This document shows positions 9,884-20,564 of a stretch of 64,000 bases of DNA, piece after piece; the stretch's first letter is position 1, and every line of letters starts with the position of its first letter. The notes below the pieces were generated by a model that had not been told where the DNA came from, searched no databases, and saw only the letters and a list, made by a program, of their open reading frames with translations. Source of the stretch: an uncultured Gammaproteobacteria bacterium (GTDB lineage Bacteria; Pseudomonadota; Gammaproteobacteria; UBA6002). Location: NCBI GenBank assembly GCA_963705725.1, contig CAVPKM010000017.1:96001-160000 (forward strand), in the 5' to 3' direction. Made by a program: the position numbers and the translations under genes.

Positions 9884-11464
9884 TCAAAGGTTTGGCCTTC
9901 TTCTGGGGTCGGAGCTTGTTTGTTTTTCGCATGCTAGTAATGAGATTAATTGCGGCGTATGTTGATTAATCTTACATCCCACCAAGCCGAGTTGACCTCG
10001 ATCATTATCTCCAAAAGCATAGAGCGAGCCATTCTCACATAGAACTAGGCTATAGCAAATACCAACTGCCATGAGAATAGGTTTTTTATCTTGAAAAAAA
10101 GAAATGCATTGCGGCGTATTTCGAGAATAGTTATGTCCCAAACCGAGTTGACCATAACTATTAAATCCAAAAGCATAGAGCGAGCCATCCTCACATAAAA
10201 CTAGGCTATGCCAATAACCAGCTGCGATCAGAATAGGTTTTTTATCTTGAAAAAAAGAAATGAATTGCGGCGTATTTTGAAAATAAAAATGCCCCAAACC
10301 GAGTTGACCATAACTATTATCTCCAAAAGCATAGAGCGAGCCATCTTCACACAAAACTAGGTTATGCCGACCACTAGCTGCGATCAGAATAGGTTTTTTA
10401 TCTTGAAAAAAAGAAATGAATTGCGGCGTATGTTGATCATCAACATGCCCCAAGCCGAGTTGACCCTGATGATTATATCCAAAACCATAGAGCGAGCCAT
10501 CCTCACATATAACTAGGCTATGCCAACAACCAACTGCCATGAGAATAGGTTTTTTATCTTGAAAAAAAGAAATGAATTGCGGCGTATTTTGATCATCAAA
10601 ATGCCCCAAGCCGAGTTGACCTCGATCATTCTCTCCAAAAGCATAGAGCAAGCCATCCTCACACAAAACTAGGCTGTGATTATCGCCAACTGCCATCAGA
10701 ATAGGCTGTTTATCTTGAAAAAAAGAAATGCATTGTGGCGTATGTTGATCATCAAAATGCCCCAAGCCGAGTTGGCCCTTATTATTTCTTCCAAAAGCAT
10801 AGAGCAAGCCATCCTCACATAAAACTAGGCTGTGATTATCGCCAACTACCATCAGAATAGGCTGTTTATCTTGAAAAAAAGAAATGAATTGCAGCGTAAT
10901 TTGATTAGTACTGTGGCCTAATCCAAGCTGGCCATAATCATTCGAGCCACAACTCGAAAGCAAGCCATTTTGAAGCACAAGGGTATGGCTGCCACCTGCT
11001 GCGATAATCGTTTTTCGCCACTTCTTTGCTATCTCATTTTTTATATTTTCATCATGGTTGAAAAACCGGCTGGTACAAGCCAAATTTTGTAAACTCCCCA
11101 ATGTCATATAGGAAGCCACATTATAAAGCAGAATATCAGCAGGAATGGGCGTCGCTTCGATTGCTCTATCAGGTGAGAAAGTCCATGCTAATTGCTTTTG
11201 AAGCGCTTGAAGCCTCGAAACATATTGACTTAACGGTGCTTGCTGAATCATCCAGGTTATTTGATTACAAAGTGCTTCACCATCCGCATGGGATCCCGCC
11301 AATTCATAAGCAAGTAGCTTTCCATCAAAAGCATTTAATTCCCTGGCAATAGAATGACATAATTCCCTGTTTGTTCCTCTTAGCGTAATTACGATCTCTC
11401 TGTAGATAGCGGACCAAAATGGATGAAGTGCTTCAGTTTCTGATAACATAGAGAAATTCCTCAT
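9884..11464 (-). CDS. F-box + RCC1-repeat effector-like protein
   Basis: IPADILLYNVASYMTLGSLQNLACTSRFF is F-box-like; about seven 52-aa repeats G.N..GQLGLG..HSLVL. Confidence 0.88.
   Translation of the reverse strand: MRNFSMLSETEALHPFWSAIYREIVITLRGTNRELCHSIARELNAFDGKLLAYELAGSHADGEALCNQITWMIQQAPLSQYVSRLQALQKQLAWTFSPDRAIEATPIPADILLYNVASYMTLGSLQNLACTSRFFNHDENIKNEIAKKWRKTIIAAGGSHTLVLQNGLLSSCGSNDYGQLGLGHSTNQITLQFISFFQDKQPILMVVGDNHSLVLCEDGLLYAFGRNNKGQLGLGHFDDQHTPQCISFFQDKQPILMAVGDNHSLVLCEDGLLYAFGENDRGQLGLGHFDDQNTPQFISFFQDKKPILMAVGCWHSLVICEDGSLYGFGYNHQGQLGLGHVDDQHTPQFISFFQDKKPILIAASGRHNLVLCEDGSLYAFGDNSYGQLGLGHFYFQNTPQFISFFQDKKPILIAAGYWHSLVLCEDGSLYAFGFNSYGQLGLGHNYSRNTPQCISFFQDKKPILMAVGICYSLVLCENGSLYAFGDNDRGQLGLVGCKINQHTPQLISLLACEKQTSSDPRRRPNL
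9950..10940 (-). repeat. 156-bp intragenic tandem repeats (RCC1 blades)
   Basis: tatcttgaaaaaaagaaatg recurs at 156-bp period. Confidence 0.92.
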
Positions 11465-11548
11465 AAAAAATTGATTTTATTGATTAGAAACATATTTTTT
11501 TTACATAATACATATATGGCGCATTGTCAGTCAAGGAGGCAAAAGCAG

Positions 11549-12688
11549 TCAGATTTGCACCATATCTCGAACAATATCGGATAAGGATTGAGTTGCTGTT
11601 TGCTCTTGAAGTTTCTGGATAAGTTGGATGAATTTCTTGGTCATTTGCTCAACGTAATTTCTGTCAAGCAATAAGCGGCAGACCTCGTTTGCGATACGAT
11701 CAGGGTTGGCATCCTGTTGGATGAGTTCGGTGACAATACGTTCTTCGGCAATAATATTGCATAAACCCACGTGAGGAGTATGAATAAGTAATTTACCCAG
11801 AAAGTAAGTGAGTGGGGAAAGTTTATAAATGATAACCATGGGTCTTTTTAATAACGCCACTTCAAGCGTTGCGGTACCAGAAGCCACGATTAACGCATCA
11901 CAGGATGCCATCATGTTGTAATGAGATTGACAAATTGTGATGGATAAAGCCGTTTGTTTTAAAAAGGGCTGTAAATCCTTAGCGGTGAGTGTGGGGGCGA
12001 GGGGTAGGACAAAATGACTGTTAGGAAAGATTTTTTGTAAGTTTTCAGCTGCTTTAAGCATGACAGGAAGGAGGCGTGTTAACTCCCCCTTCCTACTTCC
12101 TGGCATGAGTCCAATTAGTTTGGTTTGAGCTGTCACCCCCATTGCCAGCCGGCTTTCTGAGGGGGAAGCATTGGCTGTTACCTGGGTAACTAGTGGGTTG
12201 CCGACAAATTTGACAGGAATTTTTTGTTGTTGATAAATGGCGACTTCAAAAGGAAAAATCACTGCCATCAAGTCAATATATTTTTTGATATGATAAATTC
12301 GATTGTAACGCCATGCCCAGAGCTGTGGACTGATATAATATAAAATTTTAATATTAGGATTGCTATTTTTAATTGCTTTAGCTAGGCGAAGGTTAAATCC
12401 CGGATAATCAATTAAAATAATTAATTGGGGTTCAAGTGTTTTGATCGCTGCTAAGATTTTTTTAAATGTCTTTTTAATAAGATTAAGCTTACTGATCACT
12501 TCGACAAAACCGACAACAGCAAGCGGTGTTGAGTCGACGATAATTTTGGCACCAGCTGCTTTAAGCCCTTTGCCGCCCATTGCATAAAATTGAATGAGAG
12601 AAGGTTGCAGTAGGTGGATTAAATGCGCCCCATGAAGATCTCCAGAGGCTTCTCCTGAAATAATAAAAACACGTGGATTTAAAGCCAT
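11549..12688 (-). CDS. lpxB: Lipid A disaccharide synthase
   Basis: GEASGDLHGA, IDYPGFNL, YISPQLWAWR, PGSRKGE, SGTATLE. Confidence 0.96.
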   Translation of the reverse strand: MALNPRVFIISGEASGDLHGAHLIHLLQPSLIQFYAMGGKGLKAAGAKIIVDSTPLAVVGFVEVISKLNLIKKTFKKILAAIKTLEPQLIILIDYPGFNLRLAKAIKNSNPNIKILYYISPQLWAWRYNRIYHIKKYIDLMAVIFPFEVAIYQQQKIPVKFVGNPLVTQVTANASPSESRLAMGVTAQTKLIGLMPGSRKGELTRLLPVMLKAAENLQKIFPNSHFVLPLAPTLTAKDLQPFLKQTALSITICQSHYNMMASCDALIVASGTATLEVALLKRPMVIIYKLSPLTYFLGKLLIHTPHVGLCNIIAEERIVTELIQQDANPDRIANEVCRLLLDRNYVEQMTKKFIQLIQKLQEQTATQSLSDIVRDMVQI

Positions 12689-12690
12689 AT

Positions 12691-13668
12691 TTAGCTCTTA
12701 GAAGCAAAGCCGGCGGCTTCATCACGAGCAAGTTGTTCAGCAACAATGCGAGTAATTTCAACGGCAGTGGCTAGAGCGCGCTTTCCTTCTTCTCCTGTTA
12801 CTACAGGAGGGGTAAGGGTTTGTATTGAATTCAAAAAAGCTGCGATCTCATCCATCAAGGCATCACCTTGTTCAAAGGCTTGTTCTTCACTGATAATTTC
12901 CGGGATGCCAGGAAACATTTCACTGACCCCCTTGCGGTGGATGGCAAGCTCCTTGGTGTGAAGATCAAGAGAAATAAATGCATCATGCTGAAAAATTCTA
13001 AGCTTACGTTCAACTTTAAAGCTTACTCGGCTGGCAGTCACATTCGCCACGCAGCCATTTTCGAATTGTAATCTGACATTGGCAATATCAATATGAGAGG
13101 ATAAAACTGATGCGCCATTTGCGTGAATGTTAGTGATGGGCGAGTTAACAATACGTTGAATAATATCGATATCATGAATCATTAAATCAAGGACGACATT
13201 GATATCGGTGCCACGTGGCTTAAATGGCGCTAGCCTGATTGATTCTATAAAACGCGGATTGTCTAAAATCGTATCCAGCGCAACTAATACGGTATTGAAA
13301 CGCTCTAAATGTCCAATTTGAAAAACTCTAGCATGTTGATTCGCAATTTCGATTAAGCTTTCTGCTTCTTGAACCGTTGAAGCGATCGGTTTTTCAAGAA
13401 GAACATGAACATTATTTTCAAGAAAAAATTTGGCGATCGGATAATGAAGGAAAGTGGGAACTGCAATGCTAACAGCATCGATTTTACCGAGTAGTTTAGT
13501 ATAGTCTGTTAACGCAGTCACATTATGCTGCCTGGCAATCACTTGGCAACGCTCCTCGTGAATATCACAAACAGCAATTAACTTTGATTGAGGAAGCAGG
13601 GCAAATTTTTCGGCATGAAATTTGCCTAAATATCCGACACCGATTACAGCAGTTCTGATTTTATTCAT
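12691..13668 (-). CDS. Gfo/Idh/MocA oxidoreductase, GnnA-like (UDP-GlcNAc 3-dehydrogenase)
   Basis: VIGVGYLGKFHA, EKP, GHLERFN, DLMIHDID; directly upstream of lpxB. Confidence 0.85.
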   Translation of the reverse strand: MNKIRTAVIGVGYLGKFHAEKFALLPQSKLIAVCDIHEERCQVIARQHNVTALTDYTKLLGKIDAVSIAVPTFLHYPIAKFFLENNVHVLLEKPIASTVQEAESLIEIANQHARVFQIGHLERFNTVLVALDTILDNPRFIESIRLAPFKPRGTDINVVLDLMIHDIDIIQRIVNSPITNIHANGASVLSSHIDIANVRLQFENGCVANVTASRVSFKVERKLRIFQHDAFISLDLHTKELAIHRKGVSEMFPGIPEIISEEQAFEQGDALMDEIAAFLNSIQTLTPPVVTGEEGKRALATAVEITRIVAEQLARDEAAGFASKS

Positions 13669-13834
13669 TCAGATAGGTTACCTCGATATTAATTTCGCTA
13701 AGCGCCATAAATTATGGATAAATATTTGAGTTGATAAGTATCTATGATAAATTCGCGAAATGGTCGCACTTTTTTTGCACATAATCAATGTGTATCTCTA
13801 GCTTCCCTCACGAAGGGTCGAGTTTCTTAATATA

Positions 13835-14473
13835 TTGAAAACCAGGAATCAGTCATTGTCTAATAAAAAAATAAAAAATTCCTGCTTGATTGCTGGTGTG
13901 GATGAAGCAGGTCGAGGGCCTTTAGCCGGGCCTGTGGTAGCGGCCGCAGTGATTTTAAACCATCAAAAGCCCATTAAAGGATTGGCCGATTCAAAAACCC
14001 TAACGGAAAAAAAACGGAAAGAACTTTACGATAAAATTGTTGAAAATAGTCTTTCATGGAGTGTCGGGCGGGCTGAGGTCGAAGAAATTGATACAATTAA
14101 TATCTTGCAAGCAAGTTTACTTGCAATGCGCCGTGCCGTTCTTGGATTGTCTATCAGACCAACAGAAGTATTGGTAGACGGGAATATTTGTCCAGAAATT
14201 CCTTATCCAGTTAGTGCTATTATTGCGGGTGATCAATTCGTTCAAGAAATTAGCGCCGCTTCTATCATCGCTAAGGTCACGAGAGATAAAGAAATGATAA
14301 CTTTAGATGCAATTTATCCAAATTATGGTTTTGCGAGGCATAAGGGATATTCCACAAAGGAACATGTAGATAATCTCAATCATTACGGTGCAACAGAGAT
14401 ACATCGACGTTCGTTTGAACCGGTAAGACGAGTGGTGGAGCAGGGAATCTTGGCACTCGACAGTGACTCATGA
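13835..14473 (+). CDS. rnhB: Ribonuclease HII
   Basis: [34 protein letters not shown]. Confidence 0.96.
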   Translation: MKTRNQSLSNKKIKNSCLIAGVDEAGRGPLAGPVVAAAVILNHQKPIKGLADSKTLTEKKRKELYDKIVENSLSWSVGRAEVEEIDTINILQASLLAMRRAVLGLSIRPTEVLVDGNICPEIPYPVSAIIAGDQFVQEISAASIIAKVTRDKEMITLDAIYPNYGFARHKGYSTKEHVDNLNHYGATEIHRRSFEPVRRVVEQGILALDSDS

Positions 14474-17400
14474 CAGCGAAATTTATTCATCTCAGCATCC
14501 ATACCGAATATTCACTCATCGATGGGTTGCCTCGAATCAAGCAATTGATTGATGCCGCTAAGCGTTTGAAAATGCCGGCAATTGCCATAACTGATCATTG
14601 TAATTTATTTGGCATGGTAAAATTTTATCGAGCGGCGATTGATGCAGGTTTGAAGCCGATTATAGGGGCAGATATATTAATCCATAATGAAACCACTAAC
14701 CATGAACCCTATCGCTTGATTTTGCTCTGTCAAAATCAAATTGGATATCAAAATTTAACGCAGCTGGTTTCAAAAAGTTATTTACACCAAGAATATGGAG
14801 TGGGAGTCATTCATAAAGAATGGCTGCTGGGATTATCTGAGGGGCTCTTGGCATTGTCAGGTGGTATGAATGGAGACATTGGCCAGGCGCTTTTAAAAAA
14901 TGAAACCGCGCAAGCAGAAGCCTGTTTAGCTTTTTGGTTAGCACAATTCAAAGATCGATTTTATATCGAGTTACAACGAATAGGCTTGATTCAAGAAGAA
15001 GACTACAATCAAGCAGCAATGCTTCTCGCAGAGAAACACCAAATTCCACTGGTTGCGACCAATAATGTGAGATTTATTGATTCTGACGATTTTGAGGCGC
15101 ATGAAGCGCGAGTTTGTATCCATCAAGGCAGGGTGTTAGAAGATCCCAAAAGACCGCGTATTTATCGTCCCGAGCAATTTTTGCGTTCTGCTGAAGAGAT
15201 GACGCATTGCTTTCAAGATATACCTGAAGCGATCAAAAACACCGTAGTGATTGCAAAAAAATGTAATTTCAAGCTGCAATTGGGAAGAGTTTGTTTGCCC
15301 AATTTTCCATTGCCGGAAAACATTTCATTAGATGACTATTTTATTTCTTTAGCTAATCAGGGTCTTGATCAGCGGCTGGCAAAAATTTATCCAGATGAAA
15401 TAAAACGTGAAGAAGTTGCCGATAAATATCATCAACGGCTAGAAATGGAATTGGCTGTGATTATAAAAATGGGTTTTCAAGGCTATTTTTTAATTGTTGC
15501 TGATTTTATCGAATGGTCAAAAAAGAATCGCATTCCTGTTGGTCCTGGACGAGGGTCGGGTCCGGGTTCCTTAGTCGCCTATTCACTGGGTATTACCGAA
15601 TTAGATCCGCTTAATTTCGACCTGCTATTTGAACGATTTCTTAACCCTGAACGTGCTTCGATGCCGGATTTTGACATTGATTTTTGCATGGAAGGACGCG
15701 ATCGGGTAATCGAATATGTGGCCAGTAAATATGGAAAAGAAAGTGTATCTCAAATCATTACTTATGGCTCAATGGCGGCACGTGCGGTAGTCAGAGATGT
15801 GGGAAGAATTTTAGCTCACCCCTATGGCTTTGTCGATAAACTAGCTAAGTTGATTCCTTTTGAAGTTGGGATGACGTTGAAAAAAGCGTTAAATCAAGAT
15901 GAGACCTTGCATCAACGTTATCATGAAGAGGAAGAAGTCAAAGCCTTGATAGATTTGGCTTTAAAGTTAGAAGGATTGCCTCGAAATGCGGGTAAGCATG
16001 CAGGCGGCGTGGTGATTGCACCATCAGTATTAACCGATTTTACCCCGCTTTATTGTGAAGCAGGAGGAGAAAATTTAGTTACTCAATTGGACAAAGATGA
16101 TGTTGAAGCAGTAGGCCTCGTTAAATTTGACTTTTTAGGGCTTCGTACCTTGACCATCATCGATTGGGCGCTGCAAACCATCAATGCAAAGCGAAAATCT
16201 GATCCCTTGGAAATCGCTTCCATACCCATGGATGACGAAAAAGTGTTTGAATTACTTTGTAGAGGGAATACTACAGCGGTTTTTCAGCTTGAATCACGAG
16301 GAATGAAAGATTTAATTAAAAAACTACAGCCGGTTTCTTTCCATGATATTGTGCCCTTAGTTGCATTATTTCGACCCGGCCCCTTGCAGTCAGGAATGGT
16401 AGAAGACTTTATTAGTCGAAGACATGGTCGCGCAAAAATTGAGTATCCCCATCCCGCTTTAGAGCCCGTATTAAAATCTACTTATGGCGTCATTCTTTAT
16501 CAAGAACAAGTCATGCAAATTACGCAGGTGCTTGCCGGCTATACCCTAGGTAGAGCAGATTTGCTAAGACGGGCGATGGGTAAGAAGAAACCAGAGGAAA
16601 TGGCAAAACAACGAGCAGGATTTGTTTCTGGAGCACGTGAGCGGGGAGTAAAAGAGCAAGTCGCTAGTCATATTTTTGACTTAATGGAAAAGTTTGCAGG
16701 CTATGCTTTTAATAAACCGCATTCTGCTGCTTATGCCTTGCTGTCTTATCAAACCGCATGGCTTAAGACGCGCTATCCAGCTGAATATATGGCCGCCGTA
16801 TTGTCCGCTGATATGGACCATACAGATAAAGTGGTGCGCCTTATTGAAGATAGTAAGAGTTTAGGATTAAAAATTTCTCCTCCTTGTATCAACGTTAGTG
16901 ATTATCGATTTACTGTGGGTAAAGCAGGAGAGATTGTCTATGGTTTGGGCGCGATTAAAGGGGTAGGTCAATCTGCACTGGAAAATTGTTTAGAAAGTCG
17001 TGCATCAATCGGACCTTTTAAAAACTTATTTGATTTTTGTCGCCGAATTGATGCGCGTAGGGTGAATCGTCGCGTGCTCGAATCGCTTATCCGATCTGGG
17101 TCGTTTGATTGTTTTGGCATTTCTCGGGCAATGCTACTTGCCACTTTAGATAAAGCGCTAATGCGGGCTGAGCAAACCAATAAAAATGAGGAAGTCGGGC
17201 AACAAGATTTATTTATATCCCTTCACCAAGCAGGGATTGAGATAGAAGAGATAGATTATGTCCACGTGCCGGAATGGTCAGATGAAATCCGGTTGCAAGG
17301 AGAAAAAGAAACCTTAGGGGGGTATTTAACGGGTCATCCCATGGACAGATATGAATCAGAACTTAGTCAATTGGTCAGCGCTAAAATCTTGGACATTAAA

Positions 17401-17922
17401 CCCAATAAGGAAAAAACAATAACCATAGCGGGGTTGGTTTTAGGAATAAAGCCAATCTTTACGAAGAAAGGCAATCGTATGGGAGTGCTGACTTTAGATG
17501 ATCGTAGTGGGCGGATTGAAATAATCGTATTTTCTGAACTTTTTGCAGAATGTAGAGAATTGATAGAAACCGAAGCGTTTCTTGTCGTTGAAGGTGAAGT
17601 CAGTATCGATGCCTATACAGAAAGCTATCGAATGACAGCCCGAAAAATACTCGGACTAGAACAACTAAGAAACCAAGCGAAAAGTATTCAATTAACCTTG
17701 TTTGCTGAAAACTGCAATGCTGAGAAAATTCGATGCTTAACGGATGTGCTTGCTGCCCATCGTGGCGGTCAAAGTCAAGTAGATATTTTTTATAAGCGAG
17801 AAACAGGTAGTGCCCAGATAACTTTGGGTAAGGAATGGAAAGTTCGTATTACCGCTTCACTCATTAACCAGCTGCAAGAAATTTTTAATTTAAATATAGA
17901 ATTATTATCAGTAATTTATTAA
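14470..17922 (+). CDS. dnaE: DNA polymerase III alpha subunit
   Basis: PHP domain, [17 protein letters not shown] fold. Confidence 0.97.
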   Translation: MTAKFIHLSIHTEYSLIDGLPRIKQLIDAAKRLKMPAIAITDHCNLFGMVKFYRAAIDAGLKPIIGADILIHNETTNHEPYRLILLCQNQIGYQNLTQLVSKSYLHQEYGVGVIHKEWLLGLSEGLLALSGGMNGDIGQALLKNETAQAEACLAFWLAQFKDRFYIELQRIGLIQEEDYNQAAMLLAEKHQIPLVATNNVRFIDSDDFEAHEARVCIHQGRVLEDPKRPRIYRPEQFLRSAEEMTHCFQDIPEAIKNTVVIAKKCNFKLQLGRVCLPNFPLPENISLDDYFISLANQGLDQRLAKIYPDEIKREEVADKYHQRLEMELAVIIKMGFQGYFLIVADFIEWSKKNRIPVGPGRGSGPGSLVAYSLGITELDPLNFDLLFERFLNPERASMPDFDIDFCMEGRDRVIEYVASKYGKESVSQIITYGSMAARAVVRDVGRILAHPYGFVDKLAKLIPFEVGMTLKKALNQDETLHQRYHEEEEVKALIDLALKLEGLPRNAGKHAGGVVIAPSVLTDFTPLYCEAGGENLVTQLDKDDVEAVGLVKFDFLGLRTLTIIDWALQTINAKRKSDPLEIASIPMDDEKVFELLCRGNTTAVFQLESRGMKDLIKKLQPVSFHDIVPLVALFRPGPLQSGMVEDFISRRHGRAKIEYPHPALEPVLKSTYGVILYQEQVMQITQVLAGYTLGRADLLRRAMGKKKPEEMAKQRAGFVSGARERGVKEQVASHIFDLMEKFAGYAFNKPHSAAYALLSYQTAWLKTRYPAEYMAAVLSADMDHTDKVVRLIEDSKSLGLKISPPCINVSDYRFTVGKAGEIVYGLGAIKGVGQSALENCLESRASIGPFKNLFDFCRRIDARRVNRRVLESLIRSGSFDCFGISRAMLLATLDKALMRAEQTNKNEEVGQQDLFISLHQAGIEIEEIDYVHVPEWSDEIRLQGEKETLGGYLTGHPMDRYESELSQLVSAKILDIKPNKEKTITIAGLVLGIKPIFTKKGNRMGVLTLDDRSGRIEIIVFSELFAECRELIETEAFLVVEGEVSIDAYTESYRMTARKILGLEQLRNQAKSIQLTLFAENCNAEKIRCLTDVLAAHRGGQSQVDIFYKRETGSAQITLGKEWKVRITASLINQLQEIFNLNIELLSVIY

Positions 17923-17970
17923 TATATTTGATTTAAGCTAATTCAATACAAATGCAGCGGGGAATTCGGT

Positions 17971-19830
17971 ATGTTAGAGCAATATAGCCAGCTTAACTTG
18001 GAGCTAATTAAAAAAATCTATAATGAAAATATTGGCAGCGATCTGCTTTTAGGTGAAATTATTGATTTAGGCTTTTTTGCAGATTGCCCCGACCTCTTTA
18101 TCGCCACGTTTAAAGAAGCGCTTAGAAAAAATAATCAAATTACTAAAATAGGTCTAATTAAGCCTTCTTCGGAAGTTGCCGCTATCGTGTTACCTGTGTT
18201 ACTTGATCCTGAAAACCATCTTTCCATTCTCGCTCTACACAATCCCCAAGAAGAAGCCATAGTGACGTTGCTGCCAATATTTGAAAATTTAAATAGTAAA
18301 ATAGAAATTTTAGATTTAAGCCAAACGTTAGAAGGAAGTGAAGGGGCACTGCCAGTTGTTACGCGTTTAGGAGAAGCATTAAAAAATAGACATTGTCAGA
18401 TTACTCAACTGAATCTGTATATTCAGCCTATGGGGTCTGCCATGATACTTGCTAATTATCTGAAACATATCAGGCAAATTCATACCCTGAGCTTTTTTGA
18501 GCCCACGGAGGAGGTGTTTGCAGCCTTTACGTCGGTTTTCAGTGATGAAAATGGTTCAAACAGAATCCGACGATTAGGGTTAGTGAATCCTTCGCTTATG
18601 GTAATCATCCATCTGAAGGCGGTGCTTTCGCATTGTAGTAGTATTGATCACCTTGAACTCGATAGTCTTACAACAGAAGTAATTCTGGCTCTCGTGCCTT
18701 CATTGTCGTCAAGCACTAATAAAGTGTTATCCTTAACATATCGAGGTAACGAACAGTCTTTATACTGGTTAGGTGAAGGATTAAAAAATTATGTTGCGTC
18801 ACCAGTTATTATCTTGCCCGATTCTCTGTCTTATTCACCTAATTGCCAAAATTATTTTCTCGAATTTAATAATCAGATAAAACAAAATCGAATAACCAGA
18901 TCACAATATCAACCTCCATTAACAGCTGTTCCTCCGATAAATTCTTATCAAATTATCAACCAAATGACTTCACAAGTGCCAACGACTGAGCCACCTACTC
19001 ATTTATCTCCTAGGCAACTAGCTGAAATTCAAATTGTTAACACAAACTCAGGTTATTACTATACCCCAGTTAAAACCTCAAACCCAAGTTCCGCTCCGGA
19101 ACCTGTAAAAATTTTTGATCCAATTAAGGTCAGGGAGGTGGTTCAAAGATTACGTGGTAATCAACATATCCATGATGACTGCACTGCACTGGCTAAGCGC
19201 CTCATTGAATACTTCCAGACAGGTAAAATGCCTACCTGCGCCGCCAAAAAAGAAGAGGCAAATTTATTACTCAAGTTGTCGACTATTGAGGGAGTGGATG
19301 AAGGTTGGTCCTACGACATAGTAACAGATCTGGATATTGTGCGAAGCAAAAGCAAGTTCCCCAATATTCCCTGTAATATAGATACGCCGACAACTCCAGG
19401 GGGTAGTGATGACCTACAAGCGCCTTTTGTTGTTAATGAAAATGAGTACACGCCAGCAGGAATGCACTATGAGGAATTGGACGACTACCTTAAGCAACTT
19501 GCAGCCAATGAAGAAGACGAAATTATTTTTGGCACAGTCATTTTGAATAGATGTGGACTTTTTGTTAGAGCAGATGGCCATGTGCTAGTGGTTTGTGCGA
19601 CACCTGATGAAACTTGGTATGTGGATCCTCAATTTTATGATGGCAGCACACATTATGATAGGGGATGCATCTTCAATCGTTTAGTGGATGCTTTTTCATT
19701 CGGCGATCAAGGTGACTTAACTATAAACACTTTTGGTGAATATGTATTTTTTCTCCCAGCCTTTAAGGCCGGGTCAGAATATCGGCCAATGGATATTGAT
19801 GAAAATAACTTACCAAGACCGTCATTCTAA
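17971..19830 (+). CDS. Hypothetical effector-like protein: LRR-like N-terminus, Pro/Thr linker, putative papain-like C-terminal domain
   Basis: LGEALKNRHCQITQLNL-type repeats; DDC...GHVLVV...WYVDPQ. Confidence 0.65.
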   Translation: MLEQYSQLNLELIKKIYNENIGSDLLLGEIIDLGFFADCPDLFIATFKEALRKNNQITKIGLIKPSSEVAAIVLPVLLDPENHLSILALHNPQEEAIVTLLPIFENLNSKIEILDLSQTLEGSEGALPVVTRLGEALKNRHCQITQLNLYIQPMGSAMILANYLKHIRQIHTLSFFEPTEEVFAAFTSVFSDENGSNRIRRLGLVNPSLMVIIHLKAVLSHCSSIDHLELDSLTTEVILALVPSLSSSTNKVLSLTYRGNEQSLYWLGEGLKNYVASPVIILPDSLSYSPNCQNYFLEFNNQIKQNRITRSQYQPPLTAVPPINSYQIINQMTSQVPTTEPPTHLSPRQLAEIQIVNTNSGYYYTPVKTSNPSSAPEPVKIFDPIKVREVVQRLRGNQHIHDDCTALAKRLIEYFQTGKMPTCAAKKEEANLLLKLSTIEGVDEGWSYDIVTDLDIVRSKSKFPNIPCNIDTPTTPGGSDDLQAPFVVNENEYTPAGMHYEELDDYLKQLAANEEDEIIFGTVILNRCGLFVRADGHVLVVCATPDETWYVDPQFYDGSTHYDRGCIFNRLVDAFSFGDQGDLTINTFGEYVFFLPAFKAGSEYRPMDIDENNLPRPSF

Positions 19831-20496
19831 GTTCCAATCAATAGGGGGCTTCCCCTGATTAATCAGTATCTGATTGGTTTTCGAAAAATGATGACAAGAT
19901 TGAAAACCTTTTACTGAAAAAGGAGAAGGGTGAGCAGCCTTAAGAATGTAATGTTTTGTAGGGTCAATGATCTCTCCTTTTCGCTGAGCATAAGCCCCCC
20001 ACAGCAAAAATACTAAGCCATTTTTCTTTTCATCCAGCACAGTAATCACCCTGTCTGTGAATTGTTCCCAGCCTTTATTAGCATGGCTTTGCGGTTTGCC
20101 AGATTCTACCGTTAACACGGCATTCAATAATAATACCCCTTGCTCGGCCCATTTCATCAGGCAACCATTTTTAGGGGTGGAGACACCCATATCTGAAGAT
20201 AATTCTTGAAAAATATTTTTCAAGGAAGGGGGCGGGGCAATCCCTGGTAATACAGAGAAAGCTAACCCATGCGCCTGCTTCGGACCATGATAAGGATCTT
20301 GACCAATAATGACTACTTTCACCTTTTCAAGTGGCGTATATTTCAAAGCGTTGAAAACCTCGTTTTGAGGAGGATAAATAATTTTATGAATTCGCTCCTG
20401 ATGAACAAAATCAAGTAGCGCTTTGAAGTAAGGTTTTTCTTTTTCATCTGAGAGTTCACTTTGCCAAGAGCAAGAAATCGTGGTAATGGTTTCCAT
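19822..20496 (-). CDS. ung: Uracil-DNA glycosylase
   Basis: GQDPYH, PPSLKNI, GVLLLN, HPSPFS. Confidence 0.97.
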   Translation of the reverse strand: METITTISCSWQSELSDEKEKPYFKALLDFVHQERIHKIIYPPQNEVFNALKYTPLEKVKVVIIGQDPYHGPKQAHGLAFSVLPGIAPPPSLKNIFQELSSDMGVSTPKNGCLMKWAEQGVLLLNAVLTVESGKPQSHANKGWEQFTDRVITVLDEKKNGLVFLLWGAYAQRKGEIIDPTKHYILKAAHPSPFSVKGFQSCHHFSKTNQILINQGKPPIDWNLE

Positions 20497-20564
20497 TGTT
20501 TTACTCGTGCGTTAATACAGATTAAGGTATGATTCCTAACTTATATACCTCGAGGAGTCAGTCT

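Noticed and set aside
9738-9932. 64-aa ORF with LpxB-like residues
   Set aside because: Read-through into the degenerate lpxB duplicate, not an independent gene.
9950-10940. RCC1 repeat variation as DGR-type mutagenesis or a CRISPR-like array
   Set aside because: Repeats are in-frame coding units, changes are not confined to adenines, and no reverse transcriptase or cas gene is in the window.
17915-17950. Possible PmrA/CpxR boxes upstream of effector-like genes (also 44779-44793)
   Set aside because: Half-site spacing and sequence do not fit the consensus convincingly in AT-rich DNA.
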